Positions 38,603 through 51,680 of a DNA stretch of 64,000 bases are shown here, in pieces. Where the stretch lies: NCBI RefSeq assembly GCF_964355755.1, contig NC_092677.1:16948101-17012100 (forward strand), written 5' to 3'. Origin of the DNA: Antedon mediterranea. Lineage: Eukaryota; Animalia; Echinodermata. Each line of letters starts with the position of its first letter. Within the stretch, counting starts at the first letter, position 1. The notes beneath the pieces are model-generated. The model saw only the letters and a list, made by a program, of their open reading frames with translations. It did not search any database and was not told the DNA's origin. A program made the position numbers and the translations under genes.

Positions 38603-41600
38603 CTATTCAGTACATTGCATTGTTCTATAAGACTTCATTTCTTGTTTGGAAACATTTTCGTTGAGAGGAAACTGCTCCTCTGCTTTCGCAAAAATCAAAA
38701 ATATCGTCAGTCCAAATAACATGACTCCACTAACTATCTTAAACATCAAAGACCATTGTTCAAATGTGTTCTGAAAAATAATATATTAGCCATGGTAGTT
38801 TGTATAATGCAGTTGATGAATATATGCCTATATTATATAATATTTATAAAGTGTTAATATAAGAATCAGCATAGGGCATTCAGAGGCTGGTTATAATCGT
38901 GTGATAAAGCGTGTGCGGAAGCTATTTAAATTAAACTAGAAATAAACACGAAATGTAATCTGAAGAGGAAAAATCATCATCACCATCATCATCATTAAAT
39001 ATTTCGTCTTTAAAATATTGGTTGGAAAGAATCGATGAAATATAGACAAGGGATGGGAAAAGAATGCTTGAGCATGCCTGTCAAAATGAGTATAGAAAAA
39101 GAGAAAGTCTGAGGAGAGTGAAGACAAAATAACATAGTGTGAGTAACATAGTGTTGCCAAAATCACTTGCTACAGAAGACTAGTCTCTCATACTGTATTA
39201 TTGCTGTCTTTTATACGATATTAGTCAACTTACTGTGTCTTTTGTTAATTCACCAATAATTGTTGGACCAACAATTCCTGAAAAACTTGCTAAAGTTGTC
39301 ATAATTCCTATGACCACCCCGGAATAATGCTTTGTTATGTCCAATACGTTTGAAGTGAGACTAGCTGTACATCCAAATATACCAAATGCCAGCATTATCA
39401 AGACCAGACATGATATGGCACTCTGTTTGAAAAACTCCATGAAAATAAGTAAAAAGGAAGGTAACCCAATACCTAAACAAGAATATCATAATGACATCAT
39501 AATTATATGATCTTGTGTGATTATCTTTCTTTACTTTTTATTTATAATATTTTAAAACACCTTCCTGTTTTATTAAGCCTATTATATTCGCTTTTGTCTA
39601 TTTGAATCAGTGAGAAACTCGCCAACTGTTTAAATGATTGTGCTTATAAACTAAATAATAATTTAAGACGATGGAGTGGAGTGAAAAGAGTAATGTGTTA
39701 CCATTCTGACAGTTGATGTACACGTTAACCAGCAAGCTATAGCTTTACTACTCTACTATTATTGTATTTATTTTTATAAAGTCTATAAAATCTTACCCAA
39801 ACATGTAAACAGCTTTCTTGTTTGCAAAATAGTAAAGTATTCACGACGAATAAATACGTCTGAACATGCGCCAGAAAGTAGGACTATGAAGCAACTCAGA
39901 ATACCTAAACTTGACGAAATCCACCCGATCTGAAGAACAAGAAGTTTTAATATTCAAATTCGTTATTGCAATAAAGTAAACATTGTTGAATTTACATAAT
40001 AATAAGTGATATACTGTATATTAACACCATATCTTAATGTAAGGAGCAAAAGTGACAACTATTATTGGTACTGCGAGTTTTTTAATTCTTTTTCAAATTC
40101 TTAACTTACCACTTGTAAATCAAATCCTAAGATGTCTACGATGAACGTCGGTGCTTCAGTAATAATAAAATATAGCCCAAAATTTTCGAAAACGAAAGCA
40201 ATTACTACCGCCCAAACTGCCGATGATTGAACTAAACTCAGCCATGGAATCGATATGTTCTTTAAAAAAACACAATATACTTGCATTATTTTAGTTCAAT
40301 AATTGACTACAAATGTAGATATCTGTAAGTACTATATCAGAAGTAGCAGTGGCAGTGGCAACAGTAGCAGTGGTAACAGCAGTAGCAGCGGTAGTTGTAG
40401 TAGCAGCAGTGGCAGCAGTTTAACAGTAGCTTCGTTGGCGGTCACAGTGGTAGTCGCAGTTGTAGTGGTATTGATAGCGGTAGTGGTAGCGATAGCAGTA
40501 GCAGTAGCAGCAGAGTAGAAGCAGTAACAATCGCAGTGGTGGTGGTGGTAGCAGCATTAGCGGTAGAAGCAGTGGTGGCAGCAGTTGCAGTGACAGGAGC
40601 AATAGCAGTGGCAGTGGCAGAAGCAGTATCAGCAAACATTTTTATTATATATCCTACCTTATTTTTATTGTTATCGTTAGTGTCAAAACTCTTCAAATAT
40701 TCGACCTCTTCACTCGATATAAATGGATCTTGATCACGAGTTTCGTAAATTAAGACAACCCACAGTGTTGCAGTAAAAATGGCAAAGACACCTGGTATGA
40801 AATAAATTATTTTTAAAACAAGATATTCTATCTATTTAACCATCCATCCATGTATTATGTATGTATATAAGTCAGTTTTATGATCGCGATCAGTTACATT
40901 ATTATTATTCTAAAATCATGTGTAGCGAATTGCGCTCTATTAAATGTTTCAGAGTTTTGACGAAAGAGACAAATATACTATATTCATATTCGGGTGGTCA
41001 TACGATGACGTCATACTTAATAACCTCAGTATCTATAACGACATTTTTTATTTGAACACATACGTATAGATAAATATTTAGGCCTATTTAGAAAAGATGA
41101 TAAGAAGATGAGGCCCAAGACCTCACTATATATTAGGTCTAACATGTAGAAGATAGGATAAGATGATGAGTCCCAATACCTCAGTATCTATTAGGCCTAA
41201 CCTTTAGAGGAGATGATAAGAAAACGAGATCCAAGACCTCAGTATCTATTAGGCCTAACCTTTAGACAAGATGATAAATAGACGACATCCAAGACCTCAG
41301 TATCTGTTAGGCCTAACCTTTAGAGGAGACGATAAGAAGACGAGATCCAAGACCTCAGTATATATTAGGTCTAACCTTTAGAAGATATGGTAAGATGACG
41401 AGATCCAATACCTCAGTATCTATTAGGCCTAATCTTTAGAAAAGATAACAAGACGAGATTCAAGACCTTAGATCTAAGATATCATCATCTTTTATCTCTT
41501 AAAAGTGATTATCATAATGAGAAGATTCTGGATCTCATTATGAATGATTATGATTATCATAGATATTGGTGTGTAAGACGTTGTGATATCTATGCATCTT

Positions 41601-44600
41601 GCTGGTCGCTAAGCTTCAGTATTAAAATAAAAATATAATTTGTATACGATTTAGACCTACTGTATGTATAAAATGATATCGGCCATCCACCTAACTTGTA
41701 AGCTGAACAAATCAAAGCAGAAAGAGGGTTACAGATGACTTGAGCAAATGTAAAACCTGTAAAACAATCAAACATCGATTAATTAATACTGTATAATGGA
41801 AAAGACATGATTGTTTTGTAAGTGAACCCCAATTGTCTAAACCAGTAGAGCTGGTCTGAGGACTATGACTTATGATATCTTATATATCTAGATCTAGATA
41901 TCTTAAGTTCCTTTCTAGACGCAACGTGTCAGGATATCACTCTAGGCGACGTATGAGCAGCCAACAGAGGCAAGGGTGAAACAATAAAATGAAATTCTGT
42001 TATGTTATTTAAAAATGTAATTTTTTGGTTGACGTGCCGTCACTCACAACAATGGCATCCAAATACGATGCTATGAATTACGTAATTGTTTGCCGCTTAC
42101 TCCATACACATTGCTGGCCTAGAACTAACGACACGATATCAACAACTGGAGCGCACAACTGGCAAAACACGCCGCGGAATATTTTCAAACGTTTCTAATT
42201 CCGTACAAATCACTACTTCCAATTAAAACCTAAATTCTCTAACTCATACTATTGCATCTTGCATAGCACTCAATCTCCTTTCCCTAATACTATAATTATT
42301 AAAATATTATATTAGTAAAATAATAACAGTCTAGCACTCTAGCTCTAGCACATAGTGTTTTTTATGTCCAAGCTCTACCTTTTTGTTGAGTTTCGATTTA
42401 ATTATGTGGTTATTTACTTGATATAAGTCTCACTATACGATACAGAAACAATCCCCTTACACACATTTATCGGAAGATATGTCAATCCCATACACACTAT
42501 TTATGTATCATTTATCAATTAGTTAACGCTGAAACGTCTACCTAAATATGTTTTCATTCAACAACAAATAGAGACAGCATTGTCTGGCATTATTGCCAAC
42601 ATTGCTGACTCTCATTCCTACTATTAAATCTATCACAGATCTCAGTTTACCGAACCTGATTAATAAACCCCATAAGATTTATCCAAGAGCACCATCACAT
42701 TATAAACTCATTATATAGCCTAACTTTCAACATACACATACGTATAAAATAATCACAATTTTTAAAATAATTCGGTCATGGTGTACCTGGACCACCAACC
42801 AAATTATCCTTATCAATATTATTATTGTGTTATTGTTATTGTTTCTGTTATTGTTTCTGTTATTATTATTAATCATTTACCGAAAAGGGCAATGGATACA
42901 AGGATACTTCGTTCATGTGGAACAGTCCATTTTCCCAGTATAGCCACTATTGCTCCATTGTTTAATCCCTGAAATGAAAAGGCATGGCTGCGATTCAATA
43001 AATAAGAACATCCTTTGTTCTTTTCTATAGATGCATTTATTGTGTAATCTCCAAAGTGCATACCCACTTTTAATTATAAAAAAACATAAATAAATACAAC
43101 TGTGAAATAAAAAATATAAAGAGTAATATCTTTATTCTGTTTTAAAGATGCATTGTCCCTTGAAAAAAAGTTTTTATTTGTTAATGTCATATAATAGAAT
43201 AACAATTGAAGCGAAAAAAATATATATATATACCTGAATAAATGAATTAATGAATTAATGAATTAATTTAAAGCAAAAAATAGTCAAATTGTGGTGGGTA
43301 GTGGGTTGTTGATTGAATTTTTTTTTAAATAAATAATTACAACTGTGAACTACAGAATATAAAGAGTAAAATATTTATTCTGTATTAAAGATATATAATT
43401 GTCCCCTGAAAAATATTTTAAAATCTTTCTTGCCATGTTAATGTCATATAATAGACAAAAATGGAATCGAAAAAAAAATATTTACCTGAAAAAATTAATT
43501 AATTTAAAGCAAAAAATAGTCAAATTGGCTGCCAGCCAATGGGTTGTTGATTGAATTTGATCATTTATTTTGTCATTTTATATGAGAAAATTTTATTTTT
43601 ACGGAAGGGATTAACTTTATTAAACAAAATAAGTTATTCAAAGTCTGATTTAATATTAATCATTTTTCATGTTTTTAGGGGACAATACATCTTCAACGAT
43701 TTAATATGGAAAAAACTGATAAACTACATGATTGCTATACCTTAACATTATTCATACTGACCTGTACCATACCGTCTAGTACACGTAGAACTATAAGAAG
43801 ATCACTGCTAACACTCGCTGACCAAGGTATTGATGCTGTCAGAATACTCGACAAAATAAGTGCACAAAAAATGATTGGTTTCCCGCCAACTCTGCAAGCC
43901 AACCAACCTCCTGGGAATGCTGTTACAGTGTAGCCATAATAAAAACCACTAAGTATCATTTGACGTGTTTCTTCATCCCAAGCGTACGTTGGTATCTAGT
44001 GACAAATAAAAAGTGACAGAGGGCGTGCTATTTATCAGGTAACTTAAACTCGCTTTGTTTCCAATTTTTTACATTTTAAAGTGACCTTTAGGCCTAAAGA
44101 TAATGTTTTGTTTACAGTCGCTAGTCTACTGCATGTTTCCACCTTCTTAGTATTTTATGTGTGTAAAATATGAACCTACTGAAAATAACAATGATAAACA
44201 AAACCGATTAGATAATCAAATTTTTAATCCTAATTCATTATATGATGAATGAACATCAACAAAACCTCAACTCTTCATTTCTTCCAGCCACTCAAATTGT
44301 GAATACTATGTCCCTTGGAGCACAAAAAAAATGAAGGTCAAAATATTTTTAATTTGAATTGGCCATATCAGAGTAATATTAAAGTTATTCACTTTAAGTC
44401 GAAACTTCGAGCCCAAAACATCAACCTTACGTAATTAACAGGTAAATTAGTTTGATTACTTTTCGTCTGGAAAATCATCACGAGCGAAAGTAAACAAAGA
44501 TTTTAAACCACGAGTATGCATTATGCATGATGCTAATTAGGATTGTTTACAACTCACGGTTGAGGAGGTGTTTTCACACAGATCGCGATGAAGTTTTATG

Positions 44601-46634
44601 ATTATGCATACAGAGTAGCCAAACAAGCGCGTTGAAAACTTTTACTGGAAGTCAAAGTTATTTTTTGAACAAAAAAACGTCTGTATTTCAGTTAAATAAT
44701 TTTTTTTCGACTAATTTTTTTTGAAAATTAATATCTATTATGATACCTCAAAATGACCCACTTTTTTTTAAAGATTTTTGTAAAAAATGTTTTGGAATTA
44801 GTCAAAGGGACAATACATCTTTAACAAATCGCCTGTCGAACTAAAATTGACAATAATAAACAAATATTTTCTTCTCTTCATATCAATGCATAACGTAAAT
44901 GCCATTCCATAATTATTAAAATCCCTTAACCATAACTAATGTATTGTGTACTAATGGTATTACAGAAACTTGGTTAAAGGATAATAATCCCCCTGCACAA
45001 ATTGAACATTATTCCTTTATTCATAAAAACAGACCTGGGAGGGCTGGTGGAGGTGTTGGCTTCTATATTCGAAATGGTATTAAAGAAAGGTTCGATGATC
45101 TACTATCTGATAGTTCCGTATATGAATCACTTTTTATTGAAATCGAAAGAAAATCTGGGGAAAATATTATTGTTTCATCTACAAGGCCCCCTCTCTAGTG
45201 TAATATAGTGTTGGGTTGTTGGAGGTACTAATGAAAGACTCTAACTCGCTTGGGTGTCGTAACACTATATTATTTATTCAGTATAATACTTCAGTACAAT
45301 ATACAACTATAAGTATAGATAAGGAACGGACAATCAATGATGCTGTCGGTGAGGTGTGAAGTGTGTAGGTCTGCTGTGAGGTGTGTGCTCCGTGAGGTGG
45401 CTGTAAGGTGTGTGTTCCGTGGGGTGGCTGTAAGGTGTGTGTTCCGTGGCGTGGTTGTAAGATGTGTCTGGGCCCTTCTGAAACTTGGGAGTATATTGGC
45501 TCAGTTCATTTGCATAATGTCATTACATCATCTGTGAGGGTAACGATTGGTCCTAAGTTGATCCAGGGGTGTTTAAGTGGGAGTGATTAACGGTGTCATA
45601 AGGTATTTCTGTGATGGATGACACTGTCAAATCTGTACTTAAATAGTGTCAATCACTCGATGGGAAAGTCACAAAATTAAACTAAGTGTTTTCTTTAGGG
45701 ATTCTATTATAAACTAAATGGTCATTAAAACATCTGGACAAACTCTCCTTCGGACTTTCTGGGTCAAGTTTGTGAACCTATCTGAATTCCGATACAAAGG
45801 TCAATTTCTTAAATATAAAAGTATATCTTTATATCACATCCCTCTGTTTCCCTTTTTTTTTTTTCTAATCTATTTAACATATAAAAATGGTTATAATAGT
45901 GGCATGCAAAATTAAAGTTAAGTGTTTTCTTTAGGGATTCTATTATAAACTAAATGGTCATTAAAACATCTGGACAAACTCTCCTTCGGACTTTCTGGGT
46001 CAAGTTTGTGAACCTATCTGAATTCCGATACAAAGGTCAATTTCTTAAATATAAAAGTATATCTTTATATCACACTAGATCCAAATACTTTTATATTATT
46101 TACCTTATTGAAGGTTTTGACGCCTTACTAAATAATTAGTCTATATACATATTTATTTATTAGGGGATTTTAACATTTTAAAACATCAGTCAAATAATCA
46201 GTCAAGACACTTTGTCAACTTACTATTTAGTAATTGCTTTCTTCCTTTAGGCCTTTCACAAACTCACCCGTATTACACCTCCTCAACGTTAATTGATAAC
46301 ATAATTACTAACAATATCGAATTTCTTAATATTAATGGACTGATCTATAGCGATATTAGTCACCACCTACCTATTTTAAATATTACATCACTTTCTACCA
46401 ATTCAAACGACCAATGCCCAAATTCCCCAAAAGCATATCTCATATAATAAATCACACCACCATAAATAACTTTTAAGAAGAACTTAGAAGAAGAACTGAT
46501 ACTTATGCAACTATGATCCTATCCTTGCATTTTCCTCCTTTGAAACCAAATTTGAAGATTGGGTTAATAAACATAAAAAGACTTGGATGACCATTCATAA
46601 CTTCCGTCAAACATAATCCATGGAAGTATACAAA

Positions 46635-46670
<36 letters not shown>

Positions 46671-47105
46671 GTTATACCTCCATGCATAAAATCTACTCTA
46701 AATCTTTAAAATTCCCAACTAACAGAAATATAATTGAATACAAAAAATTTCGAAATAGACTAAATTCTGTAATTAGAAAAACTTAAAAGGGTTTTACCAA
46801 AAAAAGAGACGACAGTAAAGGTACTTGGACAATTATAAACACTTTAATTAAACAAGGAAAAAAAAAGAAATTATATGTATTTTGATAAATTATATGGTTA
46901 AGAAAAAATATTAGATAGCTTAGTTTACCTCTGTGTCAAATTCTTTTGACCATGATGTTTTCATAGTTCCATTTAAATCGTCCCACTCAGTCAAACTGTT
47001 TGTTTGTTGAATCATTTCAACTATGGCAATATTAAGATTCAATCTCATACAATAAAAACAAAACTTTGCCATGGAACACATTACAGCTACTAGATAACGC
47101 TTCAT
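38603..47105 (-). CDS. SLC17/sialin-like MFS organic-anion transporter, paralog A (~472 aa)
   Basis: Exons 46929-47105, 43762-43995, 42881-42968, 41661-41756, 40658-40791, 40110-40259, 39797-39929, 39234-39472, 38603-38770; phases consistent. SLC17-type motifs YCMRLNLNIAIVEM, WDEETRQMILSGFYYGY..PGGWLA, KWTVPHERS, GGWPISFY, IPWLS, NVLDITKHYSG. Confidence 0.88.
40340..40634. repeat. Degenerate (AGC/AGT/GGT)n trinucleotide tract in SLC17-A intron 5
   Basis: Cryptic triplet repeat that produces several spurious ORFs; homologous tract at 59698-59850. Confidence 0.85.
41080..41470. repeat. ~58-bp minisatellite, 6-7 copies
   Basis: Unit approximately GACGAGATCCAAGACCTCAGTATCTATTAGGCCTAACCTTTAGAGGAGATGATAAGAA. 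Confidence 0.9.
43146..43692. mobile_element. Kolobok-like MITE (AGATGCATTGTCCC...GGGACAATACATCT) with local tandem duplication
   Basis: TTAA on the left, TCAA on the right; left flank plus left half duplicated (~43085-43330 / 43330-43560); absent from the equivalent intron of paralog B. Confidence 0.65.
44309..44820. mobile_element. Kolobok-like MITE nested in the old LINE
   Basis: Right end GGGACAATACATCT|TTAA shared with 43146-43692; left end TGTCCCTT truncated. Confidence 0.6.
45217..45623 (-). mobile_element. Putative solo LTR
   Basis: Minus strand reads TGTCA...AATAAA...CCAACA with 24-bp internal repeats; no TSD found. Confidence 0.4.
45675..46074. repeat. Direct duplication (~160-bp block, 236-bp period)
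   Basis: Identical ORF starts at 45718 and 45954. Confidence 0.9.
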
Positions 47106-47433
47106 ATTGAAGATCTCTGAAGTTTGACAATTCAATCTTTGAGAATTCACCTCTCATACCCTAGGTCTACAGTTTTATGAAAACTTTACGGTAGCCTAAT
47201 AGGAAGCTGCTATTTAATCATTCTAAACATCTACTATTTATCTTTTTAGAATTCACGCATGAAAACACTTATTCTTTGGAAGACAATATAATATTATACT
47301 GGTCACAGTTGACAGATGAAAACGTCACGGTAGCCTAATAGGAAGCTGCTATTTAATCATTCTAAACATCTACTAGTTTATTATTTATCTTTTTAGAATT
47401 CAAGCATAAAAACCACTTATGATAATCTATACT

Positions 47434-47476
<43 letters not shown>

Positions 47477-47504
47477 CAATGATGTTGCGTAGCACTGTGT
47501 AAAT

Positions 47505-47672
47505 TATATATAAATCATACTGTAAATTATAGAAACAGTGCTCATATTCGGAACATGATCTCATAATCGCGTCGAGCATAGCTCATATGGAACTTTCGCC
47601 AATGAGCTATGCTCGACGCGATTATGAGATCATGTTCCGAATATGAGCACTGTTTCTATAATTTACAGTATG

Positions 47673-47683
<11 letters not shown>
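47505..47683. mobile_element. Perfect palindromic element (82-bp arms, 15-nt loop) embedded in (TA)n
   Basis: 47505-47586 is the exact reverse complement of 47602-47683; flanked by (TA)n at about 47438-47473 and 47676-47761. Confidence 0.9.
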
Positions 47684-47762
<79 letters not shown>

Positions 47763-48392
47763 TATTCTTTGGAAGACAATATGAATATTATATTTTGGTC
47801 ACAGTTGAAAGTATATCACTTTTAAGCATGTTGTCAACGTATAACAATACACCTTTGGTTATAGGTTGAATAGAGAAGTGTCGAGATATGCCGCTCAACC
47901 GCACTTTTTTCCTTATTTGTTCGTTCGTTAAACACTTGTTCGTTATTGCACGCATCTACATATTGGGTATCAAGCTGGCCGCAATTGTACCGGGAAGGTT
48001 TTAAACTATATTTGAACATTATTCTTGGATCCAAGTTAGCGGCCAAACATTTTCCACTTTTTCCCACTTTAGGTGTTTATTTGTTATACAAGTTAGTTTT
48101 CATCAAAATGACCGCAATTGTACTGTGAAGATTTTAAACTAGGTTTACAAAATGTCATGAGTCAGGGCAGGGTGGGTTGATTTTTTCTTGGGCTGAAGCT
48201 AGAGGCTATCACATTCACCAGAATTGTACTACGAAAGCGCTTTGGGGGAGTAATCACCCAGGGAACAGGTTGGAAGTTTGATGGGGGGTGTAGGTCTACA
48301 ATGATCGAAACTTACTGGATATGTTTTAAACTACATTTGAAAACTTCCACTGAGGGGTTATGGGGGAGTGATGGTTCAACAAGACGGTAATT

Positions 48393-48560
48393 TGTACTGG
48401 AAAGGTTTTTAATATATCGCCGAGCACGGGGTGGATGGGAATGATAATCATTTAAAAAGACGACCTTAGTACTGGAAAGGTTTTTAACATATCGCCGAGT
48501 ACGCGGTGGATGGGAAGGATAATCATTTAAAAAGACCACCTAGTACTGGAAAGGTTTAGA
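48393..48560. repeat. ~75-bp tandem repeat, 2+ copies
   Basis: GTACTGGAAAGGTTTTTAA...GGTGGATGGGAA..GATAATCATTTAAAAAGAC repeated. Confidence 0.85.
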
Positions 48561-49943
48561 AATATCTGGATCAACCCTGGTGATTAAAAACAGTATTACA
48601 AAGTAAGTGTACACATCAGACACATCTGAAATCATTAAAGAGGAAGTAAGTTTCTTTAATGAGTACATGCGAAAATCTACCTGGTTTCAATAGTGGTAAC
48701 ATCCTTGTTGATTGTGCCCCATAACTCTAAAATGTATTGTAGATGCAGAAGCATTCTATATACTTAAGTTTAGAGTTTACGATTTTTCTTTTTCTGTTTA
48801 TAAGTATATTAATTATGGATAATATTTCCGAAATAAAAAGAAATTGAATATGCAAAAAAAAAATCGGATCATAAAATTAATGAGAAATGACAAAGATCAA
48901 ATGTAAGCAAACTTTTGATTGATGAAAGCACGAAAATGTACAGTATCTGTTGGCTTGAGCTTTGAATTTTACTGAAAGTTTTTGGACCATATCAAAGAAA
49001 TGCTGTGCACAACAATAAACTTTCCAATTTACAGAGGAGAGGTATAATGTATTTACTTTGGAAAAGTGGACAAAGAGAGAAATTAACAAATGTGCGACCT
49101 ATCTATTTTTTTGGGTTATAATATATTCAGATTCAAAATGGTTGCGGCAGACTCCAAACATCAATACAAATAATTATGTTCAGTAGTAATATAAACACTT
49201 ATAACACAACACTTTATTTTAACAGTAGGCCTACTGCTATAAATTTTCATAATGAATGGCATTTGTTTTAAATCTCCTACAATAATAATACCTGAAATTT
49301 GAATAGAAATGTATTCAAAATTTACTGTTTCAGTTTTTTATATACTGGCCTTACGAATTAAAATCACTTTTTCAGTGTTACATACGAATTGACGAATTTA
49401 TAATCCTTGCCTAAATTGCTATACCATATTTAATTTTACTGTTTTATGATTACTTTTGGTAATTAAACATTATTTATTGGTATGAATAAATAATACATAG
49501 GCCTATGACAGTGAAAAATATACACCACACAGTACAAAATATCCGGACTCGATTTAACCCTTTATTCTAACAAATACGGTAATTGAATAACGTAGCATAC
49601 TAGGGCCGATCAGAGAATAGCATAATTCAGTCCACCATTCCGTATTGATAATCAAATAATTGGATCATGCCGCATCCTATATCAATCAATCAATCAATCA
49701 ATAATTTTTATTTCTCAAATAAAAACACAAAAAAACAGTTAACATTTTCTAAAAATAATAGATAATAAATGAGAAAAAGGGGTACCCCACAGGAAGCTTA
49801 AGCTTTAAAATGTGGGGTCCTGGCAACATAATTAAAAGTAAGGTAAGGTAAGAAATATATATAATATATGATAATGAACATAAAAAGACATTTAACTTAA
49901 CAAATGCAGTTATTATTTGACTTAAGACAGATATATGATCAAC

Positions 49944-51514
49944 TTAAATAATAATAGTAGAAACAAGGTATTCATGTAGTTTGAACTTAAATGAAGATAT
50001 AAAATTAATAATTTTAATTTCATCTGGTAAAGAATTCCAAATTTTTGGTCCTTGAAGAGTTATATCATGCTTGCCAACCTCCGTATTAAAACAATCATAA
50101 GCATAATCAAATTTATTTCTGGTATTATAATTATGAACTGAACTAAAAGTTTGAAAATAAGTATCAAAAATTCTGGGCAGTTGATTATGTTTGAATTTAA
50201 ACATAAATAAAGCAACATTTTTTGTAAGTAAGTCGTAAATATTAAGTGTATTAGATAAGACAAAAAGAGGAGCAGAATGGTGGAGGTAATGAACATTATA
50301 AACTGATCTTAAAGCTCTTTTTTGCAAAATATAAATACGGTTTAAATTAATTTTTGAAGTAAAACCCCAAACGGTTATACCATAAATTAAATGTGGCAAA
50401 AAGAGTGATTTATAAATTAATAGTAAAACGGAGGAAGGCAAGGCATGTTTGAGTTTATTGAGGACACCGACCACTCTTGATAGTTTTAATGAAATTGTAT
50501 TAATATGAGAAATAAAAGATAAGTATTCGTCAATAAAAATGCCAAGAAATGTTGTTGCTTTAGTTCTTTCAATTTCGCTGATGCCGTAATATAATTTAGG
50601 AATGTTGGGGGGGGATTAGTTTATTAACTGAACGAAAAATAATAAATTTGTTTTTTTTAATATTTAACGAAAGCTTATTTGATTTTAACCAGTTTGCAAT
50701 TTTAGTAAGTTCTTGATTCATTAAAATAATAGCTTGGTAGATGTCCTTATGATTAATAAATAAACTTGTATCATCTGCAAACATAACAATTTCAGCACAA
50801 TCACTAATATAATTTAAATCATTAATAAATAACAGAAATAAAAGCGGAATGGATCCCTGTGGAACACCACACGAAACTGGCCGCAGCTCAGAGACAATAT
50901 CATTGATTGATATATATTGATGTCTGTTACTTAAATAATTTTCAAACCACTTAAGTGGTATACCTCTTATACCATAGAAACGTAACTTATTAATTAAAAT
51001 ATCATGAGAAATACAATCAAAAGCCTTTGACAGGTCAATAAAAACTCCTAAAGTAAATTGTTTATTGTCAATAGCAGACAAAATATTATGGATTGAATGA
51101 TGGATGGCATGTATTGTAGAATGTTGGGAACGAAAACCAAACTGAGAATTGCTGAGGATGTTAAACTTTGTAAGAAATGAAATAGTTTGATCATAAACTA
51201 TTCTTTCAAGTAGTTTAGAAATAGTTGGCAAGATGGAGATGGGCCTATAGTTATTGATATTTGAGACCTCACCACCTTTATGGATGGGTACAACTTTAGC
51301 AATTTTCATTGCATTTGGAACCACACCCTTTACTAAAGACATGTTCATTATGAATGTTAGTGGTATAGCTAATGCCAATGGACATATCTTTAGTATATAT
51401 GGACCAATGTTATCAAAACCAGGAGCTGTTGATTTTAAATTATTTATGTATGTTACTAATTCTTGTTCACATACAGGTTTGAAAAATAATGATGAAGGAA
51501 AATTACCCTGAAGG
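49944..51514 (-). pseudogene. LINE ORF2 3' part: reverse transcriptase and C-terminal domain
   Basis: NYRPISILP, QFGFR, FIDLSKAFD, GVPQGS, MFADDT, then a frameshift at the G8 run (50607-50614) into FLGIFIDEYL...HNYNTR...GPKIWNSLP. Confidence 0.92.
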
Positions 51515-51680
51515 TGTCACATATGTTCTGTTAATATGCTAATTATATTTGTTTGTTATTTGCAAATTATGCAAACTACGTTACGCTCGGTGAAGTAATA
51601 AAAGAGTAGTTGAATTAAAAGAACCGTGTTGACGAGTCACACTTGTAATATGGTGTCAGAATAGTGGAAATTCACTCAAA

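Larger units (their letters stand above)
44220..46860 (+). mobile_element. Old degenerate CR1/L2-group LINE (APE domain) interrupted by younger inserts
   Basis: GITETWL...GGGVGFYI...ESLFIEI...RPP (44944-45198), later GDFNI-, IDNI- and ISHHLP-like remnants with stops and frameshifts. Confidence 0.75.

Noticed and set aside
40303-40733. Ser-, Leu- and Val/Ala-rich ORFs on both strands (also 59666-59902)
   Set aside because: Artefacts of a stop-free trinucleotide tract within an SLC17 intron.
45675-46074. Duplicated block as a Penelope pseudo-LTR with hammerhead ribozyme, or a small gene pair
   Set aside because: No CTGANGA/GAAA core recognised on either strand; the ORFs are short and unrecognisable.
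47609-47869. YIYIYI-repeat ORFs
   Set aside because: Translation of the (TA)n microsatellite.
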